Shown here in pieces: positions 54,513 through 64,000 of a DNA stretch of 64,000 bases. Under the pieces are notes generated by a model that had not been told where the DNA came from, did not search any database, and saw only the letters and a program-made list of their open reading frames with translations. This stretch comes from Tubiluchus corallicola (lineage: Eukaryota > Animalia > Priapulida). The translations under genes and the position numbers were made by a program. The first letter of the stretch is position 1. Every line of letters begins with the position of its first letter. The DNA lies in contig JAQGDQ010000282.1 of NCBI GenBank assembly GCA_030141605.1, forward strand, positions 238,274 through 302,273, read 5' to 3'.

Positions 54513-57500
54513 AACTAAGATGAGACACGAGACTGTAAGTGGTATGACAGCCACATACGCTGTGATTGTATTCTCTTTACCAGTTAAACAGCCAGCAATG
54601 TGGATTGGTGAGTGAAACCACTCTGTAGGAGTATTGAACTTGGTGTCATCTATTCATTCACTGGTTGTCTCGGCGATTCGGTCACCAAGCATACACCAAT
54701 ACACCATGAACAAACGTCTATTCTTTTTGGCCTAAATCGGACGTCCATGTTAGGTAGAAGTAGTACAAGAAAAATTCTAATTTCAACCTTTAAACATATC
54801 ATGATCTAAAGTGTGGATTTGTCCATTTGGAGGCGCGTTAAAAGACTATAATTAAGCTACAAATTCAGCCTCAAAAAGCCAGGATGACAGCAGTCAGCTG
54901 ATTTGCTGCAGTCACATACACCAAAGCTTCTCACTCACAATAGACAAACGACTTTTGGCTACTGGCTTCTGGCAAACGTTAGATCGCCTGTCTGGAAAAC
55001 ATTTTAAGAAGCCCTTTTTAAAATTATACGAAGGAATGTGTTAATCAATAAGAAAAGCAAACTACGCGCGTTGCATGAGAATTTTGCTAAAATTCGTGCA
55101 TGGAAAGTCGCCTATGTTTACTTAAGCACCACGTGGTTTGCTCTAGGCACAAAAAGTAGGTGTTGAAGACGCTAATGAAATCCGGCCAACGGACGCTTAG
55201 TTATGAGTTCTTATGATTTCGTTTAGATAAGGAATGCCAAAGACTGATTTAATTTTTATTACCTATAAAGAAAATATTATTAAAAACACTAATAAACAAT
55301 ACATAAAAACACGCACCAGATGTAGATTTTATATTTAAAACGTAATATTTCGACTCCCATAACAGGAGTCGGATGTTGATGAAAAGACCTCAAAAAATCT
55401 TCTTAATGATCACTCCCGAAATGGCAGTTGAAATGTCATGGTTTTAAATCTACAGCCCTTGTGCCGTTTATATGAATAGTTTATAATTGGAATTAAGGAT
55501 TTTATAGTAGTTTCTTCAGCTTCAATACTTCAACATAAATTTATTTTTTCTAAGTACCGTAGTATGATGCCATGACTCACGATATCATTCTAGCCATTAT
55601 ACAAAACGCCCGCACAGGTGCACACAAACTGGTACATTCAAGTGTTCAATTTTTTTTATTTCTTTTACTACTTATTTGATTTGTTTGTTAGTTTATACAC
55701 ATCTTTCAGTACCAGCATGTTTGCTTGTATTTTGATGTACTATTTTATTATATGGCATACCCGTGTACTGAAAAATAAAAATCTGACTTTTTAATCTATT
55801 TTTTTCACGATTATTCGGCGTATTCAAAGCTAGGTGTCCTAGGAGCTAGGTATCATAGACGTTTTAGGCGGACTATATTTTATGTTTGATAAAACAAGTT
55901 CTAAATTTCAAGCTAAGTGTACGTAGAGCGATCTATGAGCTATGCAGCTTTAAAGTGTGTTGCAAAATGTTTCAATGTGTGCCATTACTAGTGCAGTTCC
56001 CACAAAAGAGATGGCACGTATGATGTATTTAGCTATGTCAAGCAATCCCGCTTAGATAAATACAACCGATGAACCACTTGGATGCGATTTTTTCTATTCA
56101 GTTAAGTCAGCTACAGTAAAATGCAAGACATCTCACGAAAATTTTCTAAAACAAGGATTGAAAAAAGAGGTCATTATCGCAAAGACAAAGACGGAAAACA
56201 ATTAAGCTGCCATCAGCGCCGCCCAGCAGCTGCAAATGACATTACAAAGAGGATTAGAACAGCACGACAAAATGAATTTGCTCAAATCGGCGGTAATTCC
56301 AACGAGAATTAAATTAGTTTACCACGAGACTGAAAATCTATCATGCAATACCTGGACATCACTGCCGTCACAGCTGTATCTGGTGTTATTATTATTGTAA
56401 CCTACTCACACTGAAAGCGTCTAATTCAGGCATTTTGCCTCAAAAAACATTCGTGTGTTAGCCGATTAACGAGCCTAAAGAGGACTGTAGTACAGTAGGC
56501 AGTTTTGAAATTTTGAATTTGCTTAGGCTTAGAAATCCAACAGGTAGAACTAATACGCTTTTTCATACATGGGCTATCATTCAATCGATTTTTTGCTAAT
56601 CGAACGATCGAGAACTATCTTAGCCTCTGTCAATTTATAAATTCATCACGTTCGATCGATCTCACAATCGGGTCTTAAAGGAGAGCAGTCCGTGGTGCTA
56701 TGATATATTGACAGTTGTTATTGCTAGCTGCCGGCTGAGCATGAAGTATCAGTTGGTTTCAGTTGCCCAGAACGTTTGTATCGATGATAACTATACCCCT
56801 GACGTAGATCAATAGCTTAAGTGAAATAGATTTGTAATTTATAGCTTGTCTCTAGAGCGTAAAACTGGGTGATAAAAATTTGCGTATATTTACGAGTGAA
56901 GGTAGGCTCGTTTTATGGTCAACAAAAGCTTCAGAGCGGCTGAAATTTTTGCAGGTGGTTCGTGAATTGATCACTATGAGCAAATAAGTAGTCCTAGCTA
57001 AACGAATGAGGAATAAATGTCAGTTAATAATAAAGACTTACCGATTTTTCGCCGGCTTACAGGAATTGCGTTTAGGACATCACGAATTTTATAAACCTAA
57101 TACATGTTGAATGGCTACAAACTATAACGAGATAGCAAATACACGTGCCCTGTAAAATTCACTGTAAAGTTTTGCACATTCATTTTTCAGTTCGAACTGG
57201 ACGCAGTCTTGAACAGTGTCGTTATACTAACATTGCAGTGAGGCGCATACAGTTTTACTGCAATGAGTAAATAATTAGTGAGTATATATGTATATATAGA
57301 TATGTATTCTCGAAATATAGATATAGATTCTGCCATTAAATACAAATAGCATCCAAATTTACATCTAAATTTATATTACTTTTAGCGTATGCATTTAAAA
57401 AGATGTAAATATTTTTCAATACTGTTCTAGCAAGGACGGAATTATATGTTTTTCGCATTTTTTTCTTGCTCTAGAGTCTAGACTCTACAAGTGCACGATC

Positions 57501-58124
57501 CATGCGCAGCCTGGTGGCAGAAAACGCTTGGACAAAAGTATGAAAAGTCCATTTTCCGGCTTGTATGCTCAAAATGCTCATACAGTTATTCCGCAAGATT
57601 TGCTTAGTACGAGTTGAGCATTTTTAGAGACCGTTGAGCATACCGCCAAGCGTGAAATCATTGATAAATTATGCGCCTGAATTCATTCTCTAGTCGATAA
57701 CTCTGAGCATAAAAATTTCACGAATGTATTTGCGCTTTATAAATAATAACTGTACAGTAGTAGCGAAGTTAAGTTGCTCTGTTAGCCTGCAAATCGGGTT
57801 TCTGATGTACCTGACTTTGTTTTGATGTATAAAGAGCTTTACTTTATCGTATAATTCTAATTAAATCAAACGCGTGCTACATGGCTGAAAGTTGTAGCTG
57901 CAGTGCAGTTAAATGACTCGCATAAATGCTAGTTTCCGTTTAACCAAATCAATGTACGCACGATAAAAACTAACGGAGTTTAAAGGGAAACAAATATTGA
58001 AAAAGAACGTAATTGTTTTTAAGAGTGATTTACTGAAAAGAATTATTACCACGGAAGTTAAATTTCACGTTCGCCCCGTGTTCAATGCATTTCGCCAACG
58101 CGTGCATAATTCAACGGTTAATAA

Positions 58125-59172
58125 TTCAATTCAGTTCAATTAAAATTTTTATTCCGGTAACTAAGAGCATATAAAATACAAATACAGTACTAAAATGAGA
58201 TAAAAATTAATGAAATAAAATACGATATTTAAATGTAAACATAGGGTTAGTAAATTAACAACTAAGTAAATTTTAGAAGCTAATTATGTAATATTTTATT
58301 CCATTACAAAAAACAAAGGCTGACAAGTCCATGTGAGTTCTCAAAGGCAGTTATAATACCATTGCTAGTGTGCAGTAATAATTTGTTGCGAATGTGACTA
58401 AAATGGGATAGAGATAGGTCTGCACACATACCAGATGCACTGCAATCGTACCTTAACCAAAACAGTTTTCTGACAACAATGTTGTATGCAATACGCAGTA
58501 TACATATCACACCATTACTATAATTAGTCCACAAAGACATACAGTAAATGTTACATTGGTAGAGATAGGTTTGCACACATACCAGATGCACTGCAATCGT
58601 ACTTCAACCGAAACAGTTTTCCGACACCAATGTTGTATGCAATTCGCAGTATATATATCACACCATTACTATAATTAGTCCACAAAGACATACAGTAAAT
58701 GTTGCAGCAGTAACTCTTAAACAGTGTGATTTTAATATCGTCTGACCATAAAGAAATTTTTTTATTAAAGAGTTAATTCGTATATAAAAAAGACTAGTCT
58801 GGTTTAGAATAGCACAGTTGTCGCTTAGATTAGTGCATATTATATGACCAAGATATTTCTCCTGAATACTTTCAGACAATGGAGCATTGTCAAGGAACAC
58901 TTTACCACGTATAACGTGTTTCAAACGTGGCAAGAAATTTAGACATTTGCTTTTAGTCAAATTAAAATCAATTTTATTAAGATTAGCAAAGCGAGTGCAA
59001 GCATTCAGAAGACCTTGAAATACAGGAATAGAAGTTGCAAATAAAACAGTGTCATCAGCATAAATTATGTGATTATTGATATTCCCTGCAAGATGACATC
59101 CCTTCATACAATATCACATAGCTCGTGAATGTAAACATTGAACAATAAAAGCGAGAGAAACCCCCCCCCACC
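58125..59172 (-). mobile_element. 5'-truncated, frameshifted non-LTR retrotransposon (RTE-X-like)
   Basis: RT motifs GGFLSLLLFNVY...GCHLAG..NHIIYADD..FN..KS..KYLGHII...LSD, then C-terminal LRIAYN..R.L...CSAS. 3' tail AATAAAAA...(TTGAA)n at ~58125-58155. Confidence 0.85.
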
Positions 59173-61474
59173 TTGGCGGGCACCATTTGTAGTACGGAAG
59201 CCGTTCGAGTACGCATTGACCCCATTTTACTTATAGTAGTTGTTTGTCCAACCAGGTGGCTAAGAAATTTATTATATTGCTGTACCTATACCTATACCCA
59301 TACCTTTACCAGTTATAGTTATGAGGGAAAAGTTTGGTTTGTTATTATTATTATTATCATCAGTGCTAGCAATAACATGGTCATCACCACCGTCGTGGTT
59401 CTCAACGCCATCGCAATTATGATCACCATTACCGAGTCTTATATTGTATCATTATAACCAACCCTTTTTTGCACTAATATTGCGCCTGATAATACCGGCT
59501 TCGATGCGATTTTTGCTTCACCTTACTGGATTGTAATTTTTAAAGAATTAAAATTTTTGTATTTTGTATCTGTCACGATGAAAGTGTATTTGGTGGCAGT
59601 ATTATGTCATAGTTACTGTGAGGCCAACAGCTAAAGCTTATTTAGTGTTCTGAATTCGGAGTTATTGCTGTTTAAAAGTACAGGGTTTCAAAAGAAAAGC
59701 AGTTTCAAGAGTGCATTCAAAATGAGACCAAAACCATATCACTACTACACCATTACAAATGCAGTAAGTCCAACAAGTCTAACAAGTGTAATCACGTTTT
59801 AATTTTGTTAGCATATAACTATAATATTGTTATATAATCGTTAATTTTGATGTTGTCAGAATGAAGAATTCCATGTTTATTTTGTAACACTGTTTCACTC
59901 TGAAATTGGTTCCACAGCACTGTTTCTTTTGGAATATGTGCAGATTTAACACAAACTCTGCTTGCATTTACAAAAACTAGCACAAATAACAAATTTGTCT
60001 TCAAGACTTTCCCAGGAGCAATTCAAGACGCCCTGTGGAGCGCTGCGTCTGCGCGCCATATTTCATAGAATTTTCCATTCACAGAAGAAGGAATATATAT
60101 GCAAACAAAGATGCATTGAAAAAATTACCCCCTCGGTCGGAAGCCAAGTAAAAATGTTGCGGCATGTTTCTGCAATAAAAACACGTATTTTGCAAACGCA
60201 GCACGCTGGAATCTAATGAACCCAGCCAGCTGCACTTGACGTAGCGAAATTAAACGCTGCTGCAATGTTTAACATTGGCATTTGATTTATCCAATTAGGC
60301 TCTGTAAGTCGAGACACGTGTAAATAAACATGGCTGCATAACTAATATTAATAACCCGAGTTAATGGTTTTATAATTGGAGATTAATAAACGTTGAATAT
60401 CAAAGGACGGAATGTTTTTGTGTTTGGTTTTGATAATGCTGAGGAGTTGCTATTACTCGGACATGTCCAAGTTTTTGTACGTTCTTCGAAAGGAGGTTTT
60501 TCGTTGTTATTGTTCCATTGTTCCAGTTTTATTGTTCAGAAGACAATCTTAGCCTACTTTTATTACGTTTATCATCTAAACAACAGATTAATAAAAAAAA
60601 TTAAACATACTTTGAGAGAAAATTTGCTCTTACATCTGAGTTATAAGCTTAAGTAATAGTAGATTAATTGACCATATATATTAGCGGGTAACAACCAGAA
60701 AAACAACAAAAATAACAAATAAGAAATATCAACAAAACTTAGAGAAACAAGAAATTCTTAATTGTCACATAAACATATCTACGCATTATTTAATTCGTGT
60801 GCATTGGAAACAGTTTTCGGAATCTTGCCGAATGCTACAGTAAGCAACCCTTCAGCGCTCAACCCTTTCAGTGCCGCAATATGAATAATTTATATGTTAA
60901 TCCGGTGCTCACTATGCATTGTATGTTTTACTAAGCACTTCTAGAACATAAATGTTTATGACTTTCTACAATTAAACGAAAACCAGAAATGAAATCCCAT
61001 TTAAGCTAGAGTTTTGTTCCCATATATGTTTATCAAGCGGTCCGCATCTAATGAAAACACAATAAAGTCGATTTTAAATTAACTTGGTATTGATTACGTA
61101 ATGTTTGATTTCAATAGTTGCTATAGTGACAGCGAGTAATTTAAACGCAATGATGTGATATAGAATTGGTCACTTCTGTTAACCAGTTTGTCTGTTTTTC
61201 ACAAGGAACTGACACACGTTACGCTCGAGTAGGCGCAACTTCAAGGCCAATTAAAATGTTTATATGTACGATTTTAGTCCACGAATGGAAGCCTTACTTT
61301 ATGTTTAAATTTTTATGTCTAAATGTTTCACAAAATATCAACAAAGATAGTGAATTAGAAATTGCTTATTTTTAGAAATGGCAAATGGAGTTGGTCATTA
61401 GGTAAACATGACACACGTTTGATTTTGCCAGAGTGTATCAGTGTCCTAAATAAGATAAAACTGTCAGTGTCTAT

Positions 61475-61930
61475 TGTCGTCATTTGTTCATTTCTTTACT
61501 GATATGGGTATTCTTATCATCGTCGTTGTCATCATTGTCATCACTCGTTTTGTTGTCGTTGCCCTTGTCGAGATCGCTGTCACCAATTATTATAATCGTG
61601 TTGATGTCATCAATGTCATTATCATTCCCAATCATGCTTATCATGCAATCATACCTGATAGTTTCAACATTACCATTACTGCTATCGTTGCATCTGTTAT
61701 TACCACTGCTATAGCCATTGTCATAATTGTTATTGTAATTGTCACCTTTGTCATTGTTGTTCTCATTGTAATCGTCATCGTTCATCATCATTCTTAAGAT
61801 ATCCTTATCCTTATCGTCGTCGTCATCATGGTAATCAGCATCGGCATTATTATCGCTCTCCTCCTCCTCCTCCTTCTCCCCATTTTCTTCTTCTTCTCAC
61901 TTTCTTTTGTCTTCTCTTCTTCTTTTTTTA
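61475..61930. repeat. Low-complexity degenerate trinucleotide tract
   Basis: Rich in (RTC/RTT)n, (CTC)n and (TTC)n. Confidence 0.8.
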
Positions 61931-63867
61931 ATTCGGCATTATTTAGTCTTTCTGTGTCTTTTAACTTTCTGTATGTCCTTGTCACGTTTAAGAAGTCATC
62001 AACACGCGTCGTGTAAAGGCATCGCGAGTCAGAAGCGTGTAGTAGAAATCCTATTTATCAGAAGCCCAGCATTACAGTGGACCGTGCGCGTTCGCATCAC
62101 TGTTATTAATAGCCCATTATAGCCCTAATAACGGAGCTGGCAAGCTGGTAGAGATCATTTTATGTAATTGGCCGCACTATCCACTCTTCTTTTCATGGAC
62201 ACTGATGATGGAGATGCGTCTGAGCATTATAGGAGAGCGCACGAATGCATGGTAGTTTGTATGCCAGCGATCACCTCTGTAGGGCAATCTAATACTGTCA
62301 TCTCGTCTCCCAAGAGAGCAATTTCTTCACGCTGGCCGGAAACTGATGCAAACTGGCTTCATAATTCAACTGACGACTAAATAGTTTCCAAAGATGAGTG
62401 CATTTGAAATGGTCAGATAAATTATGTGTGATAAAATTACTAGAGTACCTGCACCCAGGTAATTAGTAACGTTTATATTGTAAATGTAATTATTTTGTAA
62501 ATAGTACAATTTGAATCCGAAGGCAACCGTGTAATGTAAGATCATGGCATCATTAAAACTGAGGGTACTCGCGGAAGATCCACATTCTCATTTGAACTCT
62601 CCGTTTCACCATCTATTTAATTTGGTTATTCTTGACTTTGTGGCCTTGACTTTTCACATTTTGAACAAAGAAAAACTGGTTTCAAAAAAGTCTTGCCCAG
62701 ACCAGTCCCTGCGCCAAATACGTTTGCGATTAATTTAGCAATAGTAATTTCACCAATTTTGATTTTACTGTGCAGGCACATAGACAAGAGAGCTGCGACT
62801 AAACATTTTACACTCGCACCGGCTACAGTCAGCGTTGGTTTAACCCTCTGCTATGAAACCACGAAGCGGTGCCTGTTAAAAATTAATGGATGTCACGAGC
62901 CTCTGCCCGTGAAAGAGCAGCTAACTAACTTAGTTATACGTGACAACAATCTACATTTAGCAGATAATGCGATTATGCATTGATGTGAAAAGCAAGGTAC
63001 CTTAGCACAATCAGAAGCTGCGGATGGCTTCCATCCTACACATGTTAATCTGAGGGCGTAGACCTCTCGCAGTTAACGGGATGGCATCAGCTGAAACTTT
63101 GCATTAAACTTCGTCCATTAAGCATTAAAACCATTTGTAGTTTCGCTGCTGATTCTAGCAGCTCTAATTAGTAATTTGCCATCCATCAATTCATTACGTT
63201 AACTTACATTGTACAAGGAAAGCGAATACATTCTGATATTAATAATATCACCTGCACGTTGAAAAATACACACATTTGACATAAGCTATATAGTCAAATA
63301 ACAACATATGGAAATTACGCACATTTGACATGAGCTTTGCATTTCAAAACAAGTGTGAAATAAACGTTTTTACTGCGGCTTTTTCAGAATTTTCCTAGAC
63401 GTTTTGTATTTTAACTAGTATTTATATAAAATTCGTAAAGTGACTTTGGCTTTGTGCAAAATGAACATAACTTAAGTTGAATTGAATTTTCCTAGCTATT
63501 TTGTACATTACCTATATAGAAAGCATAAAACAACTTAGCTAAACTAAACAAATAATTCAAGTAAAATTGAGTGAGTTAATTATTTTATTGGCGGTGGGTG
63601 CAACGTCAGTATCTCTGACATGCTGCTCGATCAGGTTGATCATTTTCCATATCGAGTAAGCCTGGGACCAGATTCATTGAAGTTCTTACGATCAACTAGT
63701 TTGTCTGTAAGAATGTTTTTAAAGCTACGGACGGATTCGTTAAGCCAGTTTTCCTAAAAATCTTCTAAATTGTTTGCAACAATACGCAAAACTTAATTAG
63801 AGCTTGCGTAAATACAGTTAATTTTGCATCCTGTGCATAGTTTAAGTGGTATGACTGGTATTGTCAT

Positions 63868-63997
<130 letters not shown>

Positions 63998-64000
63998 CCA

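Noticed and set aside
54612-54809. Short ORF considered as the missing DOMON-2 exon (also 62168-62380)
   Set aside because: No DOMON C-terminal pattern or convincing phase-1 exon structure.

Overview
AT-rich, intron-containing animal genomic DNA, probably from an ecdysozoan invertebrate (species not determinable). I spliced the genes by hand and checked every intron phase. (1) The last two exons of a PTPN1/PTPN2 (Ptp61F-like) tail-anchored tyrosine phosphatase. (2) A gustatory-receptor-like (7TM ion channel superfamily) locus on the minus strand. It has two intact long first exons and a third pseudogenised one, each intact exon with its own duplicated upstream region, but only ONE set of three short C-terminal exons ending in TYFILIVQF. 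The intron after shared exon 3 opens with tandem arrays built from that exon's own 5' splice site. (3) A 15-exon plus-strand gene, 3'-incomplete in this window (884 aa). It encodes a secreted protein with a mature N-terminal His and LPMO-like histidine-brace motifs, two EGF-like repeats and at least two DOMON domains; DOMON-1 has both Met/His heme-ligand motifs, while for DOMON-2 only the Met lies in the window. This is the most interesting system here: a candidate self-contained copper oxygenase plus cytochrome electron donor. (4) A single-coding-exon Kekkon-like LRR-Ig-TM gene, antisense and apparently nested in that gene's large intron. The rest is MITEs (PIF/Harbinger, Tc2-like, hAT), an Academ relic, an RTE-X LINE fragment and many simple repeats.
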